A stretch of DNA of 64,000 nt from the NCBI RefSeq assembly GCF_006345805.1, contig NC_043012.1:34224001-34288000 (forward strand), given 5' to 3'. Below are positions 24,301 through 36,179 of this stretch, piece by piece (position 1 is the first letter of the stretch; each line of letters begins with the position of its first letter). The position numbers and the translations under genes were made by a program. The notes under the pieces were generated by a model, which was not told the origin of the DNA, ran no database searches, and saw only the letters and a list, made by a program, of their open reading frames with translations. This stretch comes from Octopus sinensis (taxonomy: Eukaryota).

Positions 24301-27287
24301 TGATGGATTAATTTTGTATGTTCATATGATTAAAACATTGTAATTTCAGGTGAAGCTTAAAATTGTTTCTAATTAATTTGTTTCTGTTGATTGGAAAATC
24401 ATCAGGTCATGATTTTATGTCTGTTGTAGACAATGTCTCCAGAATGGTTGATTGTGTTTACTTAGCTGTGGTGGAGGCATACTAGATCTTTGGTGAATGT
24501 TCCCTGTTGTAGACTAGTGTCTTATCCTGGAGGACATTCATTTCCCATTCAATTTTTTCCATTTACTAATTACTAATTGTAAGCACTTCTGTTTTGGCAA
24601 TAAGAAAAGATAACTGTATTATCATATGTATACCCCCCCCCCCCATAATCTTGCTTTTCTTGGAATAAACCTATTTTAAATACTTGATCATCATCGTGCC
24701 TGAATAATCTTCCTGTTTCATGTTCAAACTCATCGTGTCCGGCTTTTCACACCTACCCTACAATTTTATTCCAAAATTAAACAATCGCATCATTGAAATC
24801 TCAAAACTATGCGATAATGCATGATTAATTCAAAACAATGTGAATAAATAAGCATTATATTTTATACTAGCACTATGACCCAGCAACGCCGGGTCATAGT
24901 GCTAGTGCATGCATGCGCACATACATGCGAGTACTGTCCAGATCTCCGACCAATCACATACAGCTAGCTGGCATTCAATTGGCGTATCAAGTTTTGGGCA
25001 TTTTGATTGGGTTTTGGATAGAAAATTCACAAAAAGTCACTTCTATTGATCTTTTTAATGGCTTTGCGGGGGTAACTGGGGAAATGTAAAGATGTGCATG
25101 ACCACCCTTGGACGGTTTTTAATGATCATAGAAAGTGCGAGCCCTCTAACTGAAAATTGTGGATTTGTATAAAGGACACACACAAAGATAGACAAACATT
25201 TTGCCGTTTATATATATAGATAAATAACTAGAGTTAGGGCATTCTTAAATAGCTTCTTGAGCAAGGGACATAACCTTGCTTTTTTCAGTCTACACGAAGG
25301 AAGTGTTAGCAAGAGAAAAAAAATCAAACTCAAGAACAACCACAAAACAATTGCTTCTGTAATATGCAAATATTCAAAAACTTCAATAAAAACATAAAAA
25401 CGGTCACATTATAGAAAAATGAATCTAAGAGGAAAAATAAAATCTTAAATGATTTATTTTTGATATAAACTTCATTTTAGCAATAGAATGGAATGGAATA
25501 GTTTAACACATGACAAGTTGCAATCAATTACTTATGCTTTAGTTTAAGGTTTGGAAACGCCATTTTCATAAGTAAAAATCTTGTAATATTTAAAATTTCT
25601 TAGTTTCACTTTTGATGTCTTCATGTTCTTAACTTCACCTGTGATGGTTACTTTTTCTTACCTGTGTGAGAGCTTCATAAATTTACCTGTGATTTTCAGT
25701 GACATTTTTTCATCATGTTTGTAATTAATATTATTGTTAATCATTGGCATATTACCATTGTGTCATTACAAGATGCTTAATGGCATTTTATCTGTCTTTA
25801 TGTCCTGAGTTCAAATTCCTTCAAGTTTGACTTTGTCTTTCATACTTTTGGGGTTGATAAAGCAAGCAGCAGTCGAGTATTGGGATCGATGAAATTAACT
25901 GACCCCTTCTCCCTAACTTGCTGGCCTTGTGCCAAAACTCGAAATTATTATTATGTCATTATCATTATATAATTTGTAATTATCATGATTTTTATATTAA
26001 TTTATATTACCTATTTCTTTACTACCCACAAGGGGCTAAACATAGAGGGGACAAACAAGGACAGACAAAGGGATTAAGTCGATTACATCGACCCCAGTGC
26101 GTAACTGGTACTTAATTTATCGACCCCGAAAGGATGAAGGGCAAAGTCGACTTCGGCAGAATTTGAACTCAGAACGTAATGGCAATCAAAATACGGCTAC
26201 GCATTTCGCCTGGCGTGCTAACCGTTCTGCCAGTTCGCCACCTTGATTTATATTACCATTAGGGTGTTTGCAAATTTTATTCTGTCAATATTTCATGGCC
26301 TTGTTTATGATGTTCATTAATTATTATTATTATTATTAAGGCTGTGAGCTGGTAGAATTGTTAGCATGCCAGGTGAAATGCTTAGTGGCATTTTGTCCAT
26401 CCTTGTGTTCTGAGTTTAAATTCCACTGAGGTTGACTTTACCATTCATCCTTCTGGAGTTATTTAAGTACCAGTGGAGTACTGGGGTTGATGTAATCGAC
26501 AAGTCCCCTCTCCTAAAATATCAAACTCGTGCCTTCAGTAGAAAGGATTATTATTAAGGTGGCAAAATTGTTATCATGCTGGGCAAAAAGCTTAGTGGAA
26601 TTTCACCTGTCTTTACATTCTCAGTTCAAATTCCACTGTGCAGTTGAGTACTTACCTCCGCCCCCATAAATTTCAGGCCTTGTGCCTTTAATAGAAAGGA
26701 TTATTATTAAGGCATTAAGATGGCTGAATCTTTAGCATCCTGACAAAATACTAAACAGCTTTTCAGCTGTCTTTATGTTCTAAGTTCAAATTTGGCTGAG
26801 GTCCTCTTTGCGTTTTATCCTCTCTGGGTCAATAAAACAAGTACTAGTTGAGCATTGGAGTCAATATAATTGACTAGCCCTCTCCCACAAAATTCCAGGC
26901 CTTGTGCCTATAAAAGAAAGGCTTATTATGTCATATACATACATACATATATATATATGTGTATATATATATATTTATAAATATATATATATATAGATAT
27001 ATATATATATTGTAGGGTTTGTAATTACCATATTTTTTTATTCAATCAGTATTTCATAGCCTTGTTTTTTCATGTTCATTAATTAATATTTCAAACATCC
27101 ATCTTACTGTTGTTGTTTGTATTTTATTTTGTTTTAAAAAAAAATATTTTCAGCATTCTTTATATTTTGATTTTTTTTTGTTATTTCAGTTTACCATAGA
27201 AATCCCACAACTAATGGAATATTACTGATGGGATTGAACTGCAATTCTGCTGCATCAAATAGAAAAGAAGTCACTCAAGATATTTAA
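13283..27287 (+). CDS. cry2: Cryptochrome, vertebrate CRY1/CRY2-like (animal type 2, CRY-m) circadian repressor; 5'-partial spliced CDS join(13283-13391,16581-16723,17007-17191,17533-17621,18048-18188,19319-19489,19606-19746,20820-20971,22178-22377,22506-22556,27190-27287)
   Basis: All exons have AG/GT borders and join in one frame. Motifs include [100 protein letters not shown] and the CC helix [10 protein letters not shown]. Exon sizes 109/143/185/89/141/(171+141)/152 match human CRY1 as I recall them. The last two exons are less certain. Confidence 0.95.
13538..13757. mobile_element. piggyBac-like TTAA MITE
   Basis: TTAA TSD, CC(C/T)TTTC...GAAAGGG TIRs; copies at 35976 and 47443. Confidence 0.82.
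16581..16723 (+). CDS. cry2: Cryptochrome exon (143 bp)
   Basis: ttttaag|GAATGG...CAAAA|gttagt; [47 protein letters not shown]. Confidence 0.96.
17007..17191 (+). CDS. cry2: Cryptochrome exon (185 bp)
   Basis: tctcag|GATC...CTTG|gttagt; [17 protein letters not shown]...[14 protein letters not shown]. Confidence 0.96.
17533..17621 (+). CDS. cry2: Cryptochrome exon (89 bp)
   Basis: ttgcag|GGTTT...CGCAAG|gtaagt; [29 protein letters not shown]. Confidence 0.96.
18048..18188 (+). CDS. cry2: Cryptochrome exon (141 bp)
   Basis: ttacag|GCATGG...AGAAAA|gtgagt; [47 protein letters not shown]. Confidence 0.96.
18330..18700 (-). mobile_element. Degenerate CR1 LINE 3' end in cryptochrome intron
   Basis: [23 protein letters not shown]; same family as 46081. 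Confidence 0.75.
19319..19489 (+). CDS. cry2: Cryptochrome exon (171 bp)
   Basis: tcttag|ATC...GCAGAG|gtgagg; [57 protein letters not shown]. Confidence 0.96.
19606..19746 (+). CDS. cry2: Cryptochrome exon (141 bp), FAD-binding domain
   Basis: taccag|GGT...ATGAAA|gtaaga; [47 protein letters not shown]. Confidence 0.97.
20305..20585 (-). mobile_element. Family B retroelement
   Basis: Same consensus. Confidence 0.8.
20820..20971 (+). CDS. cry2: Cryptochrome exon (152 bp)
   Basis: ttttag|GTA...ATCAG|gtaaat; [50 protein letters not shown]. Confidence 0.97.
22178..22377 (+). CDS. cry2: Cryptochrome exon (200 bp), includes C-terminal coiled-coil helix
   Basis: tttcag|ACAC...CCAG|gttggt; [61 protein letters not shown]. 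Confidence 0.95.
22506..22556 (+). CDS. cry2: Probable cryptochrome C-terminal tail exon (51 bp, phase 1-1)
   Basis: Long polypyrimidine tract, tandem acceptor tag/cag, donor A|gtgagt; in frame [17 protein letters not shown]. No homology support because the tail is divergent. Confidence 0.65.
23262..23400. repeat. Near-perfect inverted repeat, 62-bp arms and 15-nt loop
   Basis: 23262-23323 versus 23339-23400, one mismatch. Confidence 0.95.
24867..25220 (-). mobile_element. Non-autonomous Helitron copy (cryptochrome last intron)
   Basis: Same family and termini. Confidence 0.8.
25780..26930. mobile_element. Cluster of ~5 family-A-like SINEs; young minus-strand copy at 26011-26245
   Basis: Repeated GAGTTCAAATT/CCTTGTGCC units; TSD ATTTATATTAC around the inverted copy. 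Confidence 0.8.
27190..27287 (+). CDS. cry2: Probable cryptochrome terminal coding exon
   Basis: Strong T-rich acceptor (tttcag); phase-1 compatible, reads [32 protein letters not shown]; followed by transposon-free AU-rich sequence. Confidence 0.6.
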
Positions 27288-29050
27288 TTCCTTAACACAC
27301 TGCCCTTAATCCCACCCCAAATTTCCTTCCCACCTTTTCCATCTAAAAAAACAACAATAACAGACACATTTTAATTATTTTGCATTTCATTGTAAATATT
27401 TTACTGGGGTCTAGATATGAGTATTCGTATCGAACAAACTTTTAAGGACCAAACAAAAAAAAAAAAACAATCAAAGAAAAAGTATAATTTGTATTTCTGA
27501 AATGAGCAGAATTTAATAATTAATATGGTTATTAGTTAACCTCGTATTTTGGTACTGTTTTCACCACACTGCATTTTGAATTTGATAAAATCTACATTCA
27601 TCTTCTGACGATATGCATATAACCAGATATGTCACCATATATGTATGTGTGTATGTATATGTGTATGTATGTGTGTGTATATATATATGTGTGTGTGTGT
27701 GTATGTATGTATGTATATATATATGTGTGTATGTATGTGTGTATGTATGTATATATATATATATGTGTGTGTGTATACATGTATATGTATCTATATATAT
27801 GTGTGTGTTTATATATAATTGGAATCTGCAACTTCAACAATTGTTCTGAATTTCTCATGTTCCAATCTTGAGACAGTAACCAAGATTAAAAATGAAAGAA
27901 ATGGAAATGTTCTAATTTCTAATACAGCATCTAAAAAAAGAAAAAAAAAAAAGAGAAAAATACAAAACAAAAAAAAAATTTCTACTGGTCAGAAAGTTTG
28001 GTCGAAATCTAGTCTGGAATTGTAAAAGGACAAGAAAGTAAGTTAACGATCACATCGAGAAAAAAAGAAAAAAAAACCCCAAAAATGAACCCAAATCCCA
28101 CCCCAACAAAAACAAAAAAAAAATCATGTAAAACAACTGTCAGCTGCAGTTTCAATAGAAAAAAACTTTAATTTGTAGTTTGAGCTGGATTTAAGAAAGA
28201 TAAGAGTGAACTAAACTCCCACAAAATGTTGGGAAACTGTGACATCTGTTGGTGTTGAATATTAATTAACCTTTGACATTTTTGGCTCTGGACCTTCAGA
28301 AACCTTAATCCAGATCTGTTTGCAACTATAAACAATTTGTGTATAGTTTTTTTTTGTTCCTTTGTTTTCAAATCATTTTTTAAAAGAAAACATTTTTGTT
28401 TTTAAATTTAAAGACTGTTATTTCTTACATCAGTTTTGTTGGTTAACAAAATGTAAAACATGTGACTTTGATTTAAGAAAAAAAAAGAATTATTTATATT
28501 TTTGAAAAAAAAACTTTTGTTCAATTGGTATATCTATTTTACTAAACATTGAACTTATTAACTTAAAAAAGAAAAACATGATTCTGTAAATATGTTAATT
28601 TTCCCCCGAACTAAAAAGTAGTAAAGTTTTGGAGACTTTGTCTGTGTAGAAATATGGCAATATCCCCCCTCCCTGTAACTGAATATATTTTGTATATAGT
28701 GAAACTAATGAAAAAATAATGAGGAATAAAAAAAATAATTAAGAAAGAAAATATCACTTTTTAAATCTTAATTAGACTTACTAATATACCTGTAAAGAAA
28801 CTATCATCTCCCAGAAGAAACTTGTTCATCATATTTTTACTTCTTTGGTTTGTGAATATATTTTAATTTGATTTACTTCAATAATTTCACTCTCAGAGGT
28901 TGGTTTCTTGTCTTGAATTGGGATTTAAATGTTAAAAAAACAATTGTACAAATGTGCTGAAAAGCCAAATCTTTTGAGATAAAATTTGTGAATTTCTGAA
29001 ATTATAGTTTTGAAGAAAATGTTTGTAATTGAAGATAAATATTGCTGTAA
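27288..29050 (+). other. Putative cryptochrome 3' UTR (end uncertain)
   Basis: AU-rich, no recognisable transposons, A-runs, AATAAA near 28725. Confidence 0.35.
27638..27817. repeat. (TG/TA/TATG)n microsatellite in the putative 3' UTR
   Basis: Direct inspection. Confidence 0.9.
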
Positions 29051-29552
29051 TTGACTAACAATAATGTGTTAAATAATTGATTCTTACATAGAGTGATCCT
29101 TACATGGTGATCCTTACATAGAGCAAGTCTATGAGAAATTTCCTAAACTATGTACAAGCATCATCAATGTGTTAACTTGGGTCAAGCTCACATGTTTTTA
29201 AGACAGCATGGTGAAGCCCTCCTAACATATTGGACTTAATGCAGTATTCCACATCATAAAGGTAGTGTGGATCTTTAGCTTACTAAATAAACCCCAAGGG
29301 TGAAGTTACTGGATCATGAGGAAAAGTTGTTTTTGTTGCTGTAGCAGTATTCATCTGTACCAGAAATTGACTTTTGACATGACAGATAACTGAATATAGG
29401 ATCATTTGGTCAACAGGAGCCTTTATTTTAAAGGGGCACTAAGCCCCCTGTTCCTTTTTTTTTTAAAGATAGGTTGTTTATTATTTGAAAGACTTTGTTG
29501 CTATGAGTTCATTGCTGCTGCTACTACTACTACTACTTATTGATATTATTAA

Positions 29553-29727
29553 AGCACCCACCATACTCTCGGAGTGGTTGGCATTAGGATGGGCATCCAG
29601 GTGTAGAAACTCTGCCAAATCAAGATTGGAGGCTGGTGCAGCCATCTGGTTCGCCAGCCCTCAGTCAAAATTGTCCAACCCATGCTAGCATGGAAAGCGG
29701 ATGTTAAACGATGATGATGATGATGAT
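29553..29727 (+). mobile_element. Family B retroelement
   Basis: Ends GTTAAACGATGATGATGAT. Confidence 0.8.
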
Positions 29728-30743
29728 TTTGGTACAGAAATACCTTTCAGTATTTCTTTTGATTCTTAATGTTCTCAGTTCAAATTGTGCTGAGGTAGAA
29801 TTGTTAAAACAAGGAAAACGCCTTTTTTAATTTGGCTTTATGCATTCTGATCAAAGTCAACTTTGCCCTTCATCTCTCTAGGGTTCATAAAATAAAAGAA
29901 CTCAAGTACTGAGGCTAATATAGTCAACCTTCCCCCCCCCTCTCCTGAAATTTGTGGCTTAGTGCCTGTCTTAGGAATAACTTTTAATGTGTACATTCAC
30001 TGCACTTATGTAGCATAGATATCTGTGCACCCTGGGTATGTCCAGTGTTTTGTTTTGATTTTGTTGTTTCTGTTATAATGACAGTCCAACTTCTGCCAGC
30101 ATGGAACACCGGATGTTAAATGGCGATGAATCTGTCCTGTGTGTGTACAAAACCTAGTGCTACCATTCCAGTATTTCTTCTCTGTAATTTGTAAATCCTA
30201 GGATTTTGGTTTTGCAAAATGGTTTTTAACCATTCCTAAGATGCCTATTAGTAATTTCTCTTTTTTAGTCTCAGGCGTTTCGAGATCTTCACATTTGTTT
30301 TATTTTATCCATTTCTTAAAGCAATACATTATTGCCTGTTGGAACTGATACTTTAACGAGGAAGCAGTTCCTTTCTTAGTGGCACTTAACAACTGGCCAA
30401 TTATCTTTGATCTCCATGTCTGTGTGATCTGGAATATTTTTAATGTATTAGTAATATATTGAAGTTGATTTATTTGACTCCTACTCTTTCCTTACAAACT
30501 GGTCTTCATGTACTAATGTAGGAAATAATAATTTTCTATCCCTCAAGACAAGGAACCACATTCCTTTGGCACTTCATTCTCCTTTACTGTTGGATGTTTC
30601 ATTTGTGGATTGCATGAAGGAGATACAGAAATATTAAAGTACATTTCTCATTAATTGTCTGTCACTGTCTCTCTTGGCATTTTTACTATGATTAAAATGT
30701 GATTAGACATCAAATAGTAATATATAGTTTAACTTTAATTCTA

Positions 30744-31069
30744 CTGTTGTGTCTGGGGAGAGTCATTTTCTTTTTGTGCCTTATAATGTAACACACTCAC
30801 CGGTAAAATTTCCACTTTTTTCTTATTTTTATTGTCCTAAAATTTTCGTTGCATCTTGCAACCTTTTCAATAGTTTTGAGAGTCAAAACTATTGAAAAGG
30901 TTGCAAGATGCAACGAAAATTTTAGGAAAATAAGTGGAAATTTTACCGGTGAGTGAGTTAAATTATATTAGGAAAATAAAAATAAGAAATAAGAGAAAAT
31001 TTTACCGGTGGAAATAGTGTGTTATATTATAAGGCACAAAAAGAAAATGACTCTCCCCAGACACAACAG
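30744..31069. repeat. Long palindrome of a dispersed repeat (3-nt spacer)
   Basis: Arms meet at 30880-30882; single copy at 36358-36555. Confidence 0.9.
30889..30925 (+). ncRNA. Minimal hammerhead-like motif (U3-A8 variant); mirror copy at 30837-30873 on the minus strand
   Basis: cta-TTGAAAA-g-gttgca-aga-tgcaac-GAAA-at-TT-tag. Confidence 0.5.
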
Positions 31070-31525
31070 AATATGCTTCAACACCCAAACTCACATAAAG
31101 AATCTTGCAAACCAAATCCAAAAACAAAATTTACTTCTACTATTTAGGTTATAGGTGTTTAAATGAATAAAATCAAGGTACTCAACGCATGTAGCTGAGT
31201 GAAATCTATGACATGATATAGTCTGTTACAGATAATACATTGTGGCTTAGTTTCATATCACAGAGCGTTGAATAACCACCAGGTAGTAAAAATCTCAACT
31301 TATTACTCAAACATCTATGATGTATAATCAACTTTTGCTGCAGAGTTTCTGCTGTTACATTTTGGGTTTTAAAAGTATGGTAAGGGGCATGAATCATATC
31401 ACTGGAAACGAGTTATTTCCCTTGAGTTGGTTGAAACTAAGAGAGGATGAGAATTTTATAAAGGATGATGAATGGATGGGGATTTCAATAAACCACGCGG
31501 AGGTTTGAAAAGTTGATCATTTGAA

Positions 31526-31557
<32 letters not shown>

Positions 31558-32403
31558 TGGTGGGTTACTTGTAGTGACCGTAGTGATTGGCTGTGTTAGA
31601 TGACTGAAATAGAATATGATTGCTGTTGGGAATGGTTAAATATTGATCTGTACTCAGACTACCTCATTGTAAAACTCCAAATTGCCATGTATTATCAGAA
31701 ACTATCGATCTATCTCTACACACATAGTAAAATTGATAAAAACTGCACAGTGAACTCCATTATTTTTTTTTTTTAATTCAGAGGATGTAAAACTTTGCTG
31801 TCTCTAATTTGTATCTCTCCTTTTAACCTTTCACCGAAGAAGAACATCATCCAAAACGGATCTTCCACTCTCTTCAGCAAGTTCTCTGTACTCTATCAGT
31901 TTTGCTACATAAGTCTTGCTGAAGCAGACCAACACTATCCACTCTGGAACCTGTTTGATCAATGTATATATATATATATATATATAGCAGTTATAACACA
32001 TTAAATCATATTTTACAAAGAAATTGATAAAAAATAAACTAAAATAGATTATACTTCTTCACCTGAACAACAAATATTATTTGTAAATACCTCATCTGAT
32101 CAGTTATTGATGTCCTTTTTTAACGAGGGAAACTATTTAAACTTGGTTATTTATTTCACCCAATCATGTATCATTTATTTGGATAAATAAAAAAAAAAAC
32201 CAGTTTGTAATTTTTATAATTGTTTCAATAGCTTCTCATTTCTTCTTGTCTCACTCATTTGCACACACACACACACACACACACCATCTCACTAATTTAT
32301 TTTAAACATCTCTATATTCAAAATTATTTGTTGGAAAAGAATTTTTTTTTTTTGTATTTTATATCAACTCTCAATAAAATATTTACCTTCAATTGTACGT
32401 ACA

Positions 32404-32439
<36 letters not shown>

Positions 32440-33292
32440 CATGTATGTATGAATAGATGCTTGCTTGCTTGTGTATATGGATGAATGGATGCACGCTTAC
32501 TTGCTTGTGTACGTTTGCATACTTGTGTGGTTGTGTATGTATGTATACATGTACATGTGTCTATACACATATCGTTTTGTGTGTGTGTGTATATATATAT
32601 GTTTTTGTCTAATTTTTCTTTTTCATTTACTGTGTTTTCCTACCATTTCTTTCCCTCTCTCCTTTCTAATCTTCATGATTTTCAGTGGTGGGGGTCAGGT
32701 GTCGGCTACTTCAGTTTTTTATACTGAAACAGCAGAAAACCCCTTTTTTTTTTACATAAAATACTTTCAGGGTCTTATGAGAATATATTTCGCAAGTTTG
32801 TTATATTTATGCCCTTTTTTAGATTTCTGTATTCATTTTTAGTGAACATTCTTACCTACACACATACACCTACCTACAAACGAACGCATGCTACCTACCT
32901 GTCTACCTAACAAACCACCCACATTTTTTTCTGACACTGCTTTCCTGGATTCTCATGAATGTCACCATTGAATTCCATTATTGTGAATTTGGATCGGGAT
33001 CTTGAGTCACAGTGAATCTTTCTTTAGCTTATTACACAGCCAGAGATGTCACCCCCTATGGATGGATTTGCAGTTACTCTTTCGATAGAGCTTGGTGATC
33101 CTGGCTGTTGAGGATCTTGGACTCCTTCACTCAGCATCAATCTAAGAAGCACCTTTGGCTCAGTTGGCTCTTCACAATCTGCCATGCTGCAGTCCCATGA
33201 CCTCATCGTATCCCTGGCAGGGTGGCTGAATGGGTACTATAACTTGTCAAAGGACAGCCTGTAACTATACAGGGCATGGTTGTCACTCCATG

Positions 33293-33521
33293 CGAGCTGG
33301 CAGAAACGTTAGCATGCCGGGCGAAATGCGTAGCTGTATTTCATCTGCTGTTACGTTCTGAGTTCAAATTCCACCGAGGTTGACTTTGCCTTTCATCCTT
33401 TCGGGGGCGATAAATTAAATACCAGTTACACACTGGGTCGATACAATCGACTTAATCCGTTTGTCTGTCCTTGTTTGTCCCCTCTGTGTTTAGCCCCTTA
33501 TGGGTAGTAAAGAAATAGGTG
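33293..33521 (+). mobile_element. SINE family A with 12-bp TSD
   Basis: TSD TGTCACTCCATG at 33281-33292 and 33522-33533. Confidence 0.9.
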
Positions 33522-34648
33522 TGTCACTCCATGAGGTATTTACAAAATACCTGCATATACACACACCCTTCTACCTACCTATCCCCCCACTTTCTACACA
33601 TATCCCTCACTTTCCTATACATATATCCACACACATATACACAATATCTACCTACTTGCCAATCCAGACATACACACTTCTTGAATCTCCAGAATGTGTT
33701 TTGAGCCCTAACAAACACACACGCTGGGTTGTTGTTGTTGTTTCAATTATCGTTTCCTCTTTTATTTTAAGTATGTCATAAAAGCAAGACCCCCTCCCCA
33801 CCCACTCTCAGTTCTCTTCTTCAGCAAGCTCTTGTACTCCTGACATCTCCAAGCTACAAAAGAAATCGGTGACACATTCCAGTAGTTCTGTAAATGCAAT
33901 ACTTACTCTTGTAGCTAAAAGGACATGTTAGCCATAATTTTTCACAACCTAAACTTTTGTTCCATTATGACAAATTTCTAGTTGTAGATATCATTCTTCA
34001 TTGATCAAGTGAGAAGAAGAAGGGCAGATACAATCCATGTTAAGGGCCTCCATCTCTTGTAGGAGGGAGTCATTTTTGACTTGGCTCAAATGATTAACCC
34101 CTACCTTCTTAAATTTACTTCTGAGTGAAATTAATGTGGAATTGTGCCAGACCACAATGAAGAATAACACACCTTTGCTTATGGGATAATCTGTTGGGGA
34201 ACAACACTTTCTACTAATCTCACATGTTTCTGTAATTTTTATGTTTCAGTGATTCTGCAGCAATGCATAGCCATTTGTTAATCTGCTTTGTAAATTTCAA
34301 GAACAAATTCAAAGAGATAAGGACATTTTAGAATGATTAAGAAATATATTTTTTATAACAAAATTAAAGATAATTAAATTAAATTTTTAAAAATTCTAAA
34401 AATTTTTTGTATTGTTAATGTATGTCATGTGTATCTTTTGTGGATCTCTAAATGGTTTTTAAGAGGAAGAATGTCAAAGAAAGAAATGTTGAGAAGAGGA
34501 AGGAAAACTGAATGCAAAGGAAAAATTTCCTTCAAGGAAAAAGTAACATCTTAAGAAATGAAAGCATTTTTTTAATGTATTTAAGACTATTTTTAATGAG
34601 GTAAGCTTATTGAATGTGAAGCTGTTGAAGACAGTGATTTATGTTTAA

Positions 34649-35028
34649 CTAGCACTATGACCCTGCAACACCAGGTCATAGTGCTAGTGCATGCATATAC
34701 AGCTGCGTGCGTGCGCACATACATGCGAGTACTGTCCAAATCTCCGACCAATCACATACAGCTAGCTGGCATTCAATTGGTGTATCAAGTTTCAGGCATT
34801 TTGATTGGGTTTTGGATAGAAAATTCACAAAAAAGTCACTTCTATTGATTTTTTAATGGCTTTACGGGGTGACTGGGGAAATGTAAAGATGTGCCCGACC
34901 ACCCTTGGACGGTTTTCAATGACCATAGAAAGTGCGAGACCTCTAACTGAAAACTTGTGGATTTGTATAAAGGACACACACACACACACACATACACAAA
35001 CAGACATTTTGCCGTTTATATATATAGA
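34649..35028 (-). mobile_element. Non-autonomous Helitron copy
   Basis: Same family and termini. Confidence 0.8.
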
Positions 35029-35975
35029 TATAACTAACAAATATGGGCTATTTACAATGTGTTTGCTGTACAGTAGGGGTACATTTTTGACTGTACTTTC
35101 AGACCCAAATATAAATCCCAAGGCAATTTTATATTAGATGCAATCTTGGGAGGGACATGAATATCTCAGCATTACCTTTCAATATGTTTCATAAGCAGGA
35201 GAATGAGGATGTGATGGGGAGTTGGTTGGCCTTCTGGGATAATTTTCAAATAAAATATGAGAAAGGTTTTAATGTCAAGGATTAGTAGCAATCAGAGTTG
35301 AAGAGGGGATATTTTGTAGATTTAATGCTTTCCTTATATTTTGTGTTGAGTTTGAACCCTACTGAAGTTGATTATCTTTCTTCACTTTTGAGGTTGATAT
35401 AAATACTGACTGGGGTTGATGACTAAGCAAACCCCAAATTTGTAGTTTTTATCCTAAGTTTAAAAAAATCAAAAATTTGTTCTTTTAAAAGTTGTAGTGA
35501 ATTCTTTATTATACAGGTGAACAGTTGAGTTGGATTGAGAAATCTATTTTCACCTGAGAATGAGGTTATCTCTCTCTCGTGAATAATCAGTCAGTTGATT
35601 GCATGTTTGCTTCTATGACAAAAGAGAATTATTTTACCAGAATCTGTATAACTAATATTTTTTATCGTTAGTGAAGGGAATGAAAAAAAATATCTTTGTG
35701 TATTTATTTGATTACATTTAAGAAAACTTTTTTTCCTTCCATCATAAAGTTCTTAAACTAGTTGAATCTCTTCAGTGTGAAGGGTTCAAGAATCTAGGGT
35801 CTGTTATACATCATATTAAATTAAGAAGGGAGGTATTTAAGGAAAGGATTTCTTAAGGATAAAGAACACACACAGTGGGGTTCCATAGTTTCCACCTATC
35901 AAATTCTGTTCACATAGAACTGGTCAGACATCGTAAAAATGACTATTCTAGAGTTGTATATTAAGGAGTCTTTAA

Positions 35976-36179
35976 CCCTTTCGATACCAACCCAGCTCTG
36001 GCTCTGAGAACAAATGTCTTGTTTTCAAAAGTTTTGAATTAAAATCTTCCACCTGGTCACAATTTATGTTCCTAACACTAGCTGAATGGTAACTAAGTTA
36101 TTTTACTAAATTCTTTGTTATATTTAAAGTAATTGAAAGAAACACAGAGCATCTCAAAATAAATACAGTAACGAAAGGG
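35976..36179. mobile_element. piggyBac-like TTAA MITE (inverted copy)
   Basis: TTAA|CCCTTTCG...CGAAAGGG|TTAA. Confidence 0.82.
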
